From NCBI GenBank assembly GCA_963669175.1, contig OY769902.1:3360001-3424000 (forward strand): a stretch of DNA of 64,000 nucleotides. The letters are read 5' to 3'. Source of the DNA: a bacterium. Its GTDB lineage: Bacteria > Electryoneota > Electryoneia > Electryoneales > Electryoneaceae. Of the stretch, positions 1-10,452 are shown piece after piece; the stretch's first letter is position 1, and each line of letters starts with the position of its first letter. The notes below the pieces were generated by a model. That model saw only the letters and a program-made list of their open reading frames with translations. It had not been told where the DNA came from and ran no database searches. A program made the position numbers and the translations under genes.

Positions 1-1161
1 AACGCGAAAATGGGCTATCATTGTGTAATCCTGACCGGGAATACGACAGACGCGATCAATCGCCTGGCTCGTAAACTTCCACGTGACAACGACAAATCGG
101 TCATCATCAGCGCTGCGGAACATCATGCCAACGACCTGCCCTGGCGTGATCGGGGGAGGGTGGTTCGTGTGCCGGTCAGCGATCGTGGCGAGATTGATCC
201 GGATGATCTGCGGCAAGCATTGGAGAATGAAGGCAAACGGTGTCGTCTGGTCAGCCTGACGGGGGCATCAAATGTGGTTGGGACAATGCAGCCGATCCAT
301 GAGTTTGCCAGAGTGGCCCACGAGTTCGGGGTGCAGATTGCGATTGATGCCGCCCAGTTAGCGCCACATGTCCAGATTGACATGCAGGGCAGGTCAGAAG
401 AGGAACGTATTGATTTCCTCTTCATCAGTGGGCACAAGATGTACGCTCCATTTGGTGGAGGCGCCCTGATCGGTCCACGTGAGTATTTCAACAGCAGCGC
501 ACCTTCGCTGCGCGGTGGCGGGGCAGTACTGGTTGTGGAGCCGGAAGGAATCGACTGGGCCGGATCACCGGAAAGGGAAGAGGCTGGTTCGCCGAATGTG
601 ATCGGGGCGATTACCCTCGCCGCTTCCATGCGTGAGCTGAAGAAAATCGGTTTTGATAGATTGGAAAAACAAGAAAAAATCCTGACGAATAAGTTTCTTA
701 ATGGATTGAAGAAAATAGATGGCGCTTCGATCTATGGACTCGCCGAAGATGCCGACCTTGAGCGTCGTTTGGGAGTCGTGGCGTTCAACCTGACAGATCG
801 TCCGCATGACCTTGTGGCGTCCATTCTCTCGCATGAGGCGGCTATCGGCGTACGTAACGGTTGTTTCTGCTCGCATCCGTTTGTCATGCAGTTAATCGGA
901 GTATCGACCAGCGAGGCACGAGCTTTCCGACAACGGGTGCGTGCGGGTGACAGGCAGGAGATTCCAGGCGCAGTGCGTGTCTCCTTTGGCCTTTACAACA
1001 CGGAAGAAGAAGTGGATCGAGTACTCGCTCTGTTGAAACGTATCGCTGAAGGAAAATGGGAACAGAAATACGTACAGTCTGAGAAATCAGGGAAGTTCAA
1101 ACCTGAAATGGGGACTTTTGATGTTGCATCAAGGTTAGACAGAATGCAGAGATTAGTATAG
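1..1161 (+). CDS. Class V PLP-dependent aminotransferase / cysteine desulfurase-like protein (5' truncated by window edge)
   Basis: EHHAN, DAAQ, SGHKMYAP (PLP lysine), EAGSPN and GVRNGCFCSHP motifs; frame is open back to base 1. Confidence 0.85.
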   Translation, partial: NAKMGYHCVILTGNTTDAINRLARKLPRDNDKSVIISAAEHHANDLPWRDRGRVVRVPVSDRGEIDPDDLRQALENEGKRCRLVSLTGASNVVGTMQPIHEFARVAHEFGVQIAIDAAQLAPHVQIDMQGRSEEERIDFLFISGHKMYAPFGGGALIGPREYFNSSAPSLRGGGAVLVVEPEGIDWAGSPEREEAGSPNVIGAITLAASMRELKKIGFDRLEKQEKILTNKFLNGLKKIDGASIYGLAEDADLERRLGVVAFNLTDRPHDLVASILSHEAAIGVRNGCFCSHPFVMQLIGVSTSEARAFRQRVRAGDRQEIPGAVRVSFGLYNTEEEVDRVLALLKRIAEGKWEQKYVQSEKSGKFKPEMGTFDVASRLDRMQRLV

Positions 1162-1167
1162 AAACGA

Positions 1168-1204
1168 AAACCGGGACGGCCCCAATGTGAGGTGTCCCGG
1201 CTTC
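1168..1204. terminator. Probable bidirectional terminator hairpin between convergent genes
   Basis: ccgggac...gtcccgg inverted repeat with A-run on the left, between stops at 1161 and 1221. Confidence 0.5.
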
Positions 1205-1220
1205 CAGTGAGAACCAAGAA

Positions 1221-1883
1221 TTAACACCAGGCAATAACCTGTTTGGCCAACTTCTCGATGCCTTTTGCGATATCCGTAATGCCCGGTCCGAGCATATAGG
1301 CCGGCGCTGAGACGACTTTGTTCGGTGCATCGACAACGATATCGTCTACAGCACAATTGACATGCTCCGCGCCCATCGCATTAACAGCCGCTGCTGTACC
1401 TTCATCCGTTCCGATTGTCACTTTTACCTTGATTCCTTCACCGCCCAGAACCCTGGCGACCAAAGCAGGTGCGATACACATGGGTGCGACAGGTTTACCC
1501 GCGCTGTGAAACTCTGTGATCACACGTTCTGCATCCGGATCAACCGAACAGTCAGGGCCATCCACGGCAAACGTACACAGGTTCTTGGCAACACCGAAGC
1601 CGCCGGGGATCACGAGCGCATCAAAATCAGCCGCCTTCAGGGCGGAAAGGGGTTGGATCGGACCACGTGATATCCGTGCCGATTCAAGCATCACATTGCG
1701 AGTTTCACCATCGGCAGGTTCACCTTTGGCATGATTGATCACATGCATCTGGTTTTTGTCGGGTGCAAAGCAGCTATACTCGCCGCCGTTCGCTTCAAGG
1801 AAGTACAACGTCATCACAGCTTCATGCAGCTCACTCCCGTCATATACACCACTTCCCGCCAATACTACCGCGATTTTCTTCAT
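1221..1883 (-). CDS. elbB: ElbB/ES1 family glyoxalase (DJ-1/PfpI superfamily)
   Basis: MKKIAVVLAGSGVYDGSELHEAV, IPGGFGVAKNL, MCIAP and SAPAYM motifs; start at ATG 1883 after GGGAG. Confidence 0.92.
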   Translation of the reverse strand: MKKIAVVLAGSGVYDGSELHEAVMTLYFLEANGGEYSCFAPDKNQMHVINHAKGEPADGETRNVMLESARISRGPIQPLSALKAADFDALVIPGGFGVAKNLCTFAVDGPDCSVDPDAERVITEFHSAGKPVAPMCIAPALVARVLGGEGIKVKVTIGTDEGTAAAVNAMGAEHVNCAVDDIVVDAPNKVVSAPAYMLGPGITDIAKGIEKLAKQVIAWC

Positions 1884-1933
1884 GATGTCTCTCCCCATGA
1901 CTGTGTTCTTTTTCAAATGACCTATTGCTGAAA

Positions 1934-1984
1934 AACGTAAATGAAGAAGAAAAGCTTGTCAAGGCAGATTTTGAGATATATCAT
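1934..1984. promoter_or_regulatory. Back-to-back sigma70 promoters with overlapping -35 boxes
   Basis: + strand TTGTCA(1956)-N17-TATCAT(1979); - strand TTGACA(1962)-N17-TACGTT. Confidence 0.5.
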
Positions 1985-2042
1985 TCATGTAGCACAATAA
2001 AGCTCAGTAGCTTTTCAAAGGCAGGATAACTACCTTATAAAT

Positions 2043-2447
2043 ATGAGACGCAAACGCGCATTCCCTGGTGCAGATTATTTTTCGCGAGGTGATTTCCTGG
2101 TATTGGCGTTATTGCTGATCCTGTCAGGAACAGTGACCTGTTTGTCTTCCACATGGTTGACTGGAAAAGGAGGATATGCGGTTGTCATTGTGGATGGCGA
2201 GACAGTAGCCAGGTTAAACCTGGATGATGTAGGGCGTCAAATTGATGTAACAGGGCCAATTGGCACCACCAGGATACAGGTAACACCGGAAGGCGCTCAG
2301 ATCATCGATTCCGCCTGTCCGTATCATACGTGTGTGAGAATGGGCGCAGTAAACCAGGTGGGAAGAATGGTGATCTGTGTACCCAACCGGGTTGTTGTTC
2401 GAATTGAGGGAGATGACAACAATCGTATAGACGGTGTGACCGGGTAA
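2043..2447 (+). CDS. NusG domain II-containing protein (DUF1312-like)
   Basis: N-terminal TM; GPIG...SACP..TCVRMG...ICVPNRVVVRIEG pattern; adjacent Gx transporter. Confidence 0.85.
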   Translation: MRRKRAFPGADYFSRGDFLVLALLLILSGTVTCLSSTWLTGKGGYAVVIVDGETVARLNLDDVGRQIDVTGPIGTTRIQVTPEGAQIIDSACPYHTCVRMGAVNQVGRMVICVPNRVVVRIEGDDNNRIDGVTG

Positions 2448-3019
2448 TGGAGCCACAAAACGTGCATTCAGAAGCAAGTAAAGCGCGCGGAACTGGTCCT
2501 GCAATTCGTACCTTATCCAGAGTGGTTCTGTGGGTAGCGATTGGTATTGTTCTGGCTGGCTTGGATCACTTGATACCGCGTCCGATGCCATGGATGAAAC
2601 TTGGTCTGGCCAATGGAGCTGCCATTCTGGCTCTCTACACACTGGGTTTCAGAGCAGCTCTGGCTGTGAACCTGTTACGTGTTGCCGGAGTAGCATTACT
2701 ATTGGGTAGCTGGACAAACCCGAGTATCCTGTTATCGTTTGGTGGTGCAGTCATGGCTGTACTGGTAATGGGCGCTGCAAAACAGATGGCAGGCAAACGG
2801 ATCGGTCCGGTAGGCATATCAGCCCTGGGAGCCTGGGTGCATATGGCGACACAGTTTGTTCTCGCCGCAGCGCTCTTGGCGCATCATGGCGGTATTCTCG
2901 TACTGGCTGGCCCCAGTTTGTTTGCCGCGATTGCGAGTGGGCTGGTGATTGGTATTCTTGCCGGTCATCTCCTGGACAGGTTGCCTAAACGATTGGTTTT
3001 GATAGCAGAAGGAAAGTGA
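2447..3019 (+). CDS. Gx transporter / heptaprenyl diphosphate synthase component I family membrane protein
   Basis: P.PWMKLGLAN and VGISALGAWVHM motifs; multiple TM helices; coupled (TAATG) to NusG-II gene. Confidence 0.85.
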   Translation: MEPQNVHSEASKARGTGPAIRTLSRVVLWVAIGIVLAGLDHLIPRPMPWMKLGLANGAAILALYTLGFRAALAVNLLRVAGVALLLGSWTNPSILLSFGGAVMAVLVMGAAKQMAGKRIGPVGISALGAWVHMATQFVLAAALLAHHGGILVLAGPSLFAAIASGLVIGILAGHLLDRLPKRLVLIAEGK

Positions 3020-3819
3020 TGTTCGGAAAACGGGGAACATTGATCGAATTACTTGGCATCGTCTTACTGCTGTTGGTCAGCAGTTTGCTTTTGGTCTCCT
3101 GTGATTCAGGAAGTGGTGGCGTTAACAATGGAACGGACACTTATGCACTGGTGATTGAACCGGAATACCCTTTTATAGAAGCTGGTGAACATACAGCGTT
3201 TATTGTTTCCCTGGAAAATTCTTCCGGGGCAAAACTACATCATACGCCATTGAATTTTTATGTGAAGAACCTGTATCACCCATCACATTCTATCGGTTCT
3301 CTCAATGTATCTGAGGCATATACAGACACCACGAACATCCGTGGGATGGGAACGAACATAATCTTTACATCTTCGGATACAGGCACGGCATTGATCAGTG
3401 TTGTGTATCGTGATGGAATTGGGAATACATTTGACAGCACAACAACAACAGTCGGTTGCGAATGGAACACGCACAGCCTGGATGTAACGGTTTCCAATCA
3501 AAGGCCACAGGTAAGTGAAGATATTCGAATATATTGCATTTTATTTCGTGGTGGACAGGAGACCCCGGAACGTGTAAGTGGGAAACGACTTTTCTTTGAA
3601 GCGTACAGGCCTGCAACACCCAATACGCCATTTGGTACGTTCTATCCGACGTACCCAGGCACATCAGACTCCAATTCTGTGGATGGACTGACTGAACCGT
3701 ATTTTTTCTGGTCCACTGTGGAAGGTAATTGTGTTCTGCGAGCATATTATAAAAATGGGCTCGGCGAAGTTGCGTATGAAGACACGGTTAATATTGTGAT
3801 AGGGAGTAATTCACTCTAA
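3016..3819 (+). CDS. Hypothetical lipoprotein, probably Ig-like beta domains
   Basis: Lipobox LVSC after hydrophobic stretch; beta-rich sequence; overlaps upstream stop. Confidence 0.6.
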   Translation: MMFGKRGTLIELLGIVLLLLVSSLLLVSCDSGSGGVNNGTDTYALVIEPEYPFIEAGEHTAFIVSLENSSGAKLHHTPLNFYVKNLYHPSHSIGSLNVSEAYTDTTNIRGMGTNIIFTSSDTGTALISVVYRDGIGNTFDSTTTTVGCEWNTHSLDVTVSNQRPQVSEDIRIYCILFRGGQETPERVSGKRLFFEAYRPATPNTPFGTFYPTYPGTSDSNSVDGLTEPYFFWSTVEGNCVLRAYYKNGLGEVAYEDTVNIVIGSNSL

Positions 3820-3827
3820 TTGGCAAC

Positions 3828-4676
3828 ATGGGCAGGAGGGAGCCAATGCGGTCATCGTTCTTCAGTATTTCCGATTCCAGCACGTCCAATCTACGTTGGA
3901 TGTTATCCGCTTTACTTGCTTTCCTGATCGGGTTGATTGCCCTGCAATGTGCCCCTGTTGTTCAACCACCGCAGCCTTTTTACGAAAAGGGCAACTACGA
4001 AGCTGCTGTAGAACAGGGGCAGATTTGGTTAACTTCGCATCCTGAAGATTCGGTAGCGCGAGTAGTCGTAGCAAAATCTGCTTATCAGCTCGGTGATACT
4101 GTACTTACCTGGGAAGTTCTGGAGCCGATTCTGGATAGAACTCCGGCAAAGGAAATTCGCGATATGGCAGTCGCTGTTGCCATGCAAACAGGCCATCTAG
4201 CTACAGCTAAAAGCATCTTGCTTCAGGAAATCCGTAACCCGACTGGCGTCCCCAACGTGGATGGACGTCTGGCCAGGATTGAAAGCCGGATTCAGGAAGC
4301 CATGTTTGCAGAGCTGAGTGCGGATGAAGCTTTTGCGAAGTACCAATGGACAGCGGCGATACGTGATTACCGAAAAGCAACCCTGGCGTATGAAGGCAAC
4401 GATATTCTTCAGGCGAAAATGCGTCTGGCGCGTGCAGAAATGCTGGTTGACAGCCAGGGACAGGAAGGCGCACTGCTGGCGTATGAAATGGTCGCGCTGG
4501 CCCATGAGCTATGGCCCGAAAGTGCGTTGGCCTGGTGGGTGCATGGAGACCTGGCCTGGAAACTTGGCGACGAACAACTTTCACGCTCGTCTTTCGAGAA
4601 GGCGCTGGAACTTAATATCGGTGCGCCTTATCGTGACAAAGCACGCATGATCGTGAACAGTCCGGACTCATTCTAA
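3828..4676 (+). CDS. Tetratricopeptide-repeat lipoprotein
   Basis: Lipobox-like ALQC; helical Ala-rich TPR-like repeats (AWWVHGDLAWKLG...FEKALEL). Confidence 0.6.
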   Translation: MGRREPMRSSFFSISDSSTSNLRWMLSALLAFLIGLIALQCAPVVQPPQPFYEKGNYEAAVEQGQIWLTSHPEDSVARVVVAKSAYQLGDTVLTWEVLEPILDRTPAKEIRDMAVAVAMQTGHLATAKSILLQEIRNPTGVPNVDGRLARIESRIQEAMFAELSADEAFAKYQWTAAIRDYRKATLAYEGNDILQAKMRLARAEMLVDSQGQEGALLAYEMVALAHELWPESALAWWVHGDLAWKLGDEQLSRSSFEKALELNIGAPYRDKARMIVNSPDSF

Positions 4677-4689
4677 CTGAAAAGCAACT

Positions 4690-6093
4690 GTGAAACGGAT
4701 TCCTGAACCTGCGAAGAAGTTCCTGGTTTACCTTGCTTCAGCGATTGCTGTTGTGGCAGGGTTTGAAGCAGGTCACAGGATTTGCCAGCCGATAGTCGAT
4801 AAATACCATGTCCCGTTTGCGATCTTTGCTGTCTTTTTGATTGTGGCGCTTACGTACGTAATGATCGGGATAAGGGCGTTAGCGCATCGCATTTTACACC
4901 GTGAAGAATTTATCCTTGCAGATGAACTGCGGGACCGCCTGACCAGCCTGCGTGAACTGGCGGCTCACTCCTCGGATGTCCTTGACCTTGGTCGTGCAAT
5001 CCTTGAAGAGGTACGTAAGCTTATCGATATAAAAGACCTCCAGTTAACCCTTTACTACGACGAAACAGAGGTGCTTGAGGTCACTCATATCCGATTGACC
5101 GCCAACAACCTGTATTCGAGTGTTGAGCGTTTGTGTGAGGATGATAATCCGTTAACCAACTTCGATATTCGCACCATGACCTCTGATGTGGCGCGCGAAA
5201 TTATCCCGTTGACATTCCGTGAAAGACTGGTTGGCCTGTTGATGCTTGGGCCGAAAAAAGATGGTTCTCAGTACAATCAACAGGATCGCGACATCCTGAA
5301 TGATCTTGCGCCGATAATAGCGGTCACAGTGGATAATCTTGTCATGCTACGGTATGCTCAGGATGTGCGTCAGCGATTATTCGAAAGCGAAAAACTGGCC
5401 TCTGTGGGACAGTTGGCCAGCGGTATCGCCCATGAGATCAGGAATCCGCTTTCCAGTGTAAAGATGAATTTGCAGGGGCTGGGACGTATCGAAGGCCTGA
5501 ACGATAAGAACAGGCGCAGGGTGGACTTGAGCCTGGAAGCCATTCAACGAGTCGATGACACTATCGGCGAATTGATGCACCTGGCGCGACGTACACGGCT
5601 TGAAGTGCATGATATAACGGCCGAAGATATCTTTGAAGCTGCCCTGGCTGTTGTCGGTCCTGAAGTGGAAAACCGGTCAATTACAATTCATTTTGACATA
5701 CAGGAAAACCTGCACAGTATCAAGGCAGATGAATCACGTTTAACCACTACATTGACCAACCTTATCCTGAATGCAGCCCAGGCAATAGAACACGATGGGA
5801 ATATTACGTTACGTGCGGAGCCATATGGGAAAGGACTTGAATTACAGGTGGAAGATGATGGTCCGGGCATCCCTGAGGAGTTGCGCCGGGATGTATTTAA
5901 TCCCTTCTTTACTACTAAGGCGAACGGCACTGGTTTGGGGCTTGCGAACGCGATGAAATCAGTGCAGGAACACGGGGGCGAGCTGGATTTCACTTCTGAA
6001 CCGGGCAAGGGAACAATTTTCAATGTCCGCCTGCCAGAAGCTCCGCCCGGATTACTTGATGATCCATCCGCACTCCGTGTCGTTCCTACATAG
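4690..6093 (+). CDS. Membrane sensor histidine kinase with GAF-like domain
   Basis: Two TM helices; AHEIRNPL H-box; NLILNA, DDGPGI, FFTTK, GTGLGL boxes. Confidence 0.92.
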   Translation: MKRIPEPAKKFLVYLASAIAVVAGFEAGHRICQPIVDKYHVPFAIFAVFLIVALTYVMIGIRALAHRILHREEFILADELRDRLTSLRELAAHSSDVLDLGRAILEEVRKLIDIKDLQLTLYYDETEVLEVTHIRLTANNLYSSVERLCEDDNPLTNFDIRTMTSDVAREIIPLTFRERLVGLLMLGPKKDGSQYNQQDRDILNDLAPIIAVTVDNLVMLRYAQDVRQRLFESEKLASVGQLASGIAHEIRNPLSSVKMNLQGLGRIEGLNDKNRRRVDLSLEAIQRVDDTIGELMHLARRTRLEVHDITAEDIFEAALAVVGPEVENRSITIHFDIQENLHSIKADESRLTTTLTNLILNAAQAIEHDGNITLRAEPYGKGLELQVEDDGPGIPEELRRDVFNPFFTTKANGTGLGLANAMKSVQEHGGELDFTSEPGKGTIFNVRLPEAPPGLLDDPSALRVVPT

Positions 6094-6129
6094 ACAAGAG
6101 GATAGTGATAGCGCTTGAGGGAGCCTGTC

Positions 6130-7512
6130 ATGGCGAAAATTCTGCTGGTAGATGACGATGAGAAACTGTGTGAATCCATTGAGCTGAACGTGGGCGAGGA
6201 CCGCTACGAATGGGTGATCGCACATAACGGTGAAGATGGATTGGTACGTCTGGATTCAGATGATCCGGACCTGATCCTCTGCGATATCCGTATGCCCAAA
6301 ATGGACGGAATCACCTTCCTGGGACGTGTGAAGAAAGCGCGGCCTGAGTTGCCAGTCATCATGATTACAGCCTATGAGGACATGGAAACCACAATCAAGG
6401 CCATGCAGCTCGGCGCGTTCGAATATGTCCGCAAACCGATTGACACCTCCGAGATGGAAATGACCATCGACCGTGCCCTTAACACGGTTCAGCGTGAACG
6501 TCACTACAAGCAGATGGTCAAGGAAATAACAGAGAAATACAAAATGAACAACGTGGTCGGTTCCACTCCGGCCATGCAGGAAATATTCAAGACCATCGGG
6601 CAGGTAACCATTAGCCGTGTCAGTGTCCTGATCACAGGTGAGTCCGGCACGGGCAAGGAACTGATCGCCAAGGCTATTCATTATAACAGCCCGATGAAGG
6701 ACCAGCCTTTTGTCGCTATCAATTGCAGCGCCATCCCGGAAGGATTGATTGAGAGTGAACTGTTCGGGCATGAAAAAGGTGCGTTTACCGGCGCTGTAGC
6801 GACAACTCGTGGTAAATTCGAGCTGGCCGCTGGGGGAACCCTGTTCCTCGATGAAATCGGCGACATACCCCTGAGCATGCAGGCAAAGTTACTGCGTGTG
6901 TTACAGGAAAAGGAATTCAACCGTGTTGGCGGATCCAAACGGATAGAATTCAGCGCACGTGTCATGGCGGCAACCCACCGTGACCTGAAGAAAATGGTAC
7001 GTGAAGGCACCTTTAGGGAAGACTTGTATTATCGGCTTGCCGTAGTAAGCATCGAAGTTCCGCCGTTACGGGAGCGTCGGGCTGACATCCCACGTCTTGC
7101 GGAATTCCTGGTTGATAAAATCAACAAGGATCTGGGCTGCGCGATCCGTGCGCTGGACCCGGAAACCATTGATATCCTGAAACAGCATGATTACCCGGGC
7201 AATGTCCGTGAGCTGGAAAATGTCCTGCGCCATGCGGCTGTCATGTCCAAGGGCGATATCCTGATGCCGGAATACCTGCCGCCGATGGTACGGCAGGAAG
7301 AGGATATGCTGGCGGTCTCCACCGGGCACGGCTTCCAGTTCCCACGAGAACTGGTGGCGCTGGAAGAGGTGGAACGACGCTATATCCTGCACGCGCTCCA
7401 GGTAACAGGGTGGAAAAAGAAGCAGACGTGTGAATTGCTTAATATCGCCCGTACTACACTTGATCGCAAAATCGAGCAGTACGATATTAAGATGCCGGGG
7501 AAGAATAGCTGA
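6130..7512 (+). CDS. Sigma54-dependent response regulator (NtrC/AtoC family)
   Basis: Receiver domain (VDDD, CDIRMP), GESGTGKE, GAFTGA, FLDEI, C-terminal Fis-type HTH. Confidence 0.95.
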   Translation: MAKILLVDDDEKLCESIELNVGEDRYEWVIAHNGEDGLVRLDSDDPDLILCDIRMPKMDGITFLGRVKKARPELPVIMITAYEDMETTIKAMQLGAFEYVRKPIDTSEMEMTIDRALNTVQRERHYKQMVKEITEKYKMNNVVGSTPAMQEIFKTIGQVTISRVSVLITGESGTGKELIAKAIHYNSPMKDQPFVAINCSAIPEGLIESELFGHEKGAFTGAVATTRGKFELAAGGTLFLDEIGDIPLSMQAKLLRVLQEKEFNRVGGSKRIEFSARVMAATHRDLKKMVREGTFREDLYYRLAVVSIEVPPLRERRADIPRLAEFLVDKINKDLGCAIRALDPETIDILKQHDYPGNVRELENVLRHAAVMSKGDILMPEYLPPMVRQEEDMLAVSTGHGFQFPRELVALEEVERRYILHALQVTGWKKKQTCELLNIARTTLDRKIEQYDIKMPGKNS

Positions 7513-7547
7513 TCCTGTAAAAGGATTTTGCCGACATTGAGGGTAAA

Positions 7548-8711
7548 GTGCGCATCACCGAACTTCGTTTAGAAAACATTAGACAGTTCAAGGAGATATC
7601 CTTTACATTTCCACCGCATGCTGGTGCTGGGAATTTTACAGTCTTTGTGGGTGGCAATGGCGCAGGAAAGACGACAATTCTTGAATCTTTAAATGTGTTA
7701 CTTCAAAGATCATTTTTACCAATGTATAGATTGAAACCAAATCAAGTGAAGAACATGTTGTCAAAAGGAAAGACATATGTACAAATGCTTGTGGGGTTTG
7801 ACTGGAGTAATAAGGATGTAGAAAATATGATGAATGTTGTTAGGGATTTACATGAAGATGAATATAAAATATATAATAGAATACCAAATACATACAAAAA
7901 ATATATAGAATTATTTAATGATGAAGATTTTGAAGAATCACTGAGTACTAATATAAATCCTTTTTATATATATGTATATCGTAAATATAATAAGGCTATA
8001 AGTGGTTTCGGAGTTCCTATAGATAATTCTAAAAAGTATAACAGCAAAAAAACTATACCTTTGTCATGGGCAAGGATGTTTTCTGTTCAAAGATATATGG
8101 CTGGATACGATGTTGTCTTAGGAAATATCGCCGGTTATCACTATATCAATCAAGAAAGAGAAGTATCAACAACATTTTATTCTAAAACAAAGTCCTTGTA
8201 TCAAGTTGGCGGTGAAGCTGCTTATAGAATGCTTCTAGGTGGAGACCCATCATCGATTCGACCATCAAAGCGAGGCATGCCGCACAGGTTGAATCCTCTA
8301 TACGCCCTGCTTGAAATCCTTTACACATCCAAAGATGAACATCATGAAATATATGATTTCTTCAAATTGGTGACCGGCAATGTGTTAGAACTTCAGGCTC
8401 GTAAAGGCACGTTCAGGCAGCTTCGTATTACAAACAAAGCCGGAATCAGTTATCTGATTGACGAAGCAGCTTCCGGCGAACGTGCTTTATTGCAGATGAT
8501 GGGACGTTTATTTTACCCACCGGTTGGGCCAAACCAAGTAGTTTTGCTGGATGAACCTGAGATACACCTGCATCCTTCATGGCAAAGTCGCTTCATGACG
8601 GCATTGAAGAAATTCTTCCCGGATACACAGTTCATTATTGCGACACATTCACAGGCGATTGCCTCGAGTGTGCCGCCAGAAGCCTGCTATAACTTGAGCG
8701 AACTGGAATGA
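7548..8711 (+). CDS. AAA_15/AAA_21-type ABC ATPase, AriA-like component of a PARIS-like defence pair
   Basis: MRITELRLENIRQF start, GGNGAGKTT Walker A, ASGER signature, LLDEPEIHLHP Walker B, IATHS H-loop; very AT-rich centre. Confidence 0.8.
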   Translation: MRITELRLENIRQFKEISFTFPPHAGAGNFTVFVGGNGAGKTTILESLNVLLQRSFLPMYRLKPNQVKNMLSKGKTYVQMLVGFDWSNKDVENMMNVVRDLHEDEYKIYNRIPNTYKKYIELFNDEDFEESLSTNINPFYIYVYRKYNKAISGFGVPIDNSKKYNSKKTIPLSWARMFSVQRYMAGYDVVLGNIAGYHYINQEREVSTTFYSKTKSLYQVGGEAAYRMLLGGDPSSIRPSKRGMPHRLNPLYALLEILYTSKDEHHEIYDFFKLVTGNVLELQARKGTFRQLRITNKAGISYLIDEAASGERALLQMMGRLFYPPVGPNQVVLLDEPEIHLHPSWQSRFMTALKKFFPDTQFIIATHSQAIASSVPPEACYNLSELE

Positions 8712-9319
8712 TCAATGACTCCCTATTCATTGTTAGCCGTTAGTGGTATTAATCCGCTCGCATCAGCTCCATTGTTCACACCACAGTTCATTTTCCTTTT
8801 CACTGAATCACCTCGCTACCGAGACAGTAATCCGGTTCCCTGGTTTGAGCTGAGGTTTTACAAAGAAGTGCTTAGCGCAGGCGATCCTGATCTGGATTCT
8901 GCATTGAGGATTCAGACTGGGGACGGGCGAAAATCCGTTACAAGCGCGGTAGACGGAATCACATCAGGCAGCACAAGCAAAATCAATATGGTTGCCATTG
9001 AAGATGGTGACTGGTTTCTCGAAAACGCCGGATTTCGTAAACAGCTACAGCGTGAATTCTATCGATACATCCTTCCCGTTAGTGAAGTGGAAAATCTTTG
9101 GCTTACTCCACAATTGCTTGCAGATGTCTATTACGCGACAACGTCCGACACGCCGGAGATCAAAATAGACAACCCCAATGCAGGAAATATCAAACAGTTT
9201 TTAAAACCTGTAACAGATATAGAAGCATTGATTAGGCAGGTCTGCCTTGAAGATGAGTGAAGAGGCCCCCGTAGTTTGGACATGTATTTATCAGTTTTAA
9301 GTGATGGTTCCTGTTTGGG

Positions 9320-10147
9320 TCATGCTGCTTCTGTTCGTTGTGTTTGCCAGTATACTTGATCTGGTGTTTGACTGTTCAGCGCCTGGTGAGGTCGCTTTTC
9401 GTTGTAGAATGTAAAATACTCGCCAATACCCTTTTCTGCCTCACGCAAGGTCTCGTAACATTTCAGATACACATCCTCATGTTTCAGGGATCGCCACAGA
9501 CGCTCGATGAACCGATTGTCTACCCAGCGGCCTTTGCCGTCCATACTGATCTTAATCCCTTCATCCTGCAACCGTGACGTAAACGCCACGCTGGTAAACT
9601 GTGCGCCCTGATCAGTATTGAAAATTTCCGGTGCGCCATATTTCGCCAACGCTTCGTTCAACGCGTCCACGCAAAACAGGTGATCCATCGTGTTGCTCAG
9701 CCGCCAGGACAGCACTTTACGGCTGTGCCAATCCATGATCGCCACCAAATATCCGAAGCCTCGTGCAAGCGGAATGTACGTGATATCAGTACACCAAACC
9801 TGATTGGGACGGTCAATCGTCAACCCACGCAACAGGTAGGGAAAGATCGTATGTCCCGGTGCGGGCTGACTGGTGCGTTTCTTCTTTGGGTATACCGTAT
9901 AGATGCCAAGAATACGCATCAGACGACGCACCTTCTTCCGGCAGATCTTGTACCCTTCGCCACGCAACAGGTCACGCAACATCCGTGACCCCGCGAAAGG
10001 ATAAACCAAGTGCAACTCATCCAACCGGCGCAACAGCGTCAAATCTCGCTCCTTCAACGGTTTCGGCCTGTAATACGCCGTTGATCGAGGAACAGACAGC
10101 AAGGCACACTGCTTCGTGACCGGGAGTGTCTCGGTGGGCGTGATCAT
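9320..10147 (-). CDS. IS3 transposase OrfB (DDE integrase core)
   Basis: [38 protein letters not shown]. Confidence 0.95.
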   Translation of the reverse strand: MITPTETLPVTKQCALLSVPRSTAYYRPKPLKERDLTLLRRLDELHLVYPFAGSRMLRDLLRGEGYKICRKKVRRLMRILGIYTVYPKKKRTSQPAPGHTIFPYLLRGLTIDRPNQVWCTDITYIPLARGFGYLVAIMDWHSRKVLSWRLSNTMDHLFCVDALNEALAKYGAPEIFNTDQGAQFTSVAFTSRLQDEGIKISMDGKGRWVDNRFIERLWRSLKHEDVYLKCYETLREAEKGIGEYFTFYNEKRPHQALNSQTPDQVYWQTQRTEAA

Positions 10148-10452
10148 CGTTTTACGCTCGGCCTTGCCCCAGGTCCGAGCACACGTGATAAAAAATCACG
10201 TTCCATCGTCAACTGACCGATCTTGGCATGCAGCTCCTTGATCTCTGCGGCGGTATCATCCTGATGCACACCACGCTTGCCAGCGAAAAGACCTTCCGCC
10301 TGCTCAAGCAACTGCTTCTTCCATTGTACGATCTGGTTGGGGTGAACATCGAACTGCGAGGCCAGTTCCGAAATCGTCTTGTCACCCTTGACGGCAGCAA
10401 GCGCTACCGATGCCTTGAACTGTGCGGTTAACTTTCTGCGGGATCGCTTCAT
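10144..10452 (-). CDS. IS3 transposase OrfA (HTH)
   Basis: RRKLTAQFKASVAL...QIVQWKK...ERDFL; T TTT TTA slippery site at 10189-10195 for a possible -1 frameshift. Confidence 0.92.
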   Translation of the reverse strand: MKRSRRKLTAQFKASVALAAVKGDKTISELASQFDVHPNQIVQWKKQLLEQAEGLFAGKRGVHQDDTAAEIKELHAKIGQLTMERDFLSRVLGPGARPSVKR

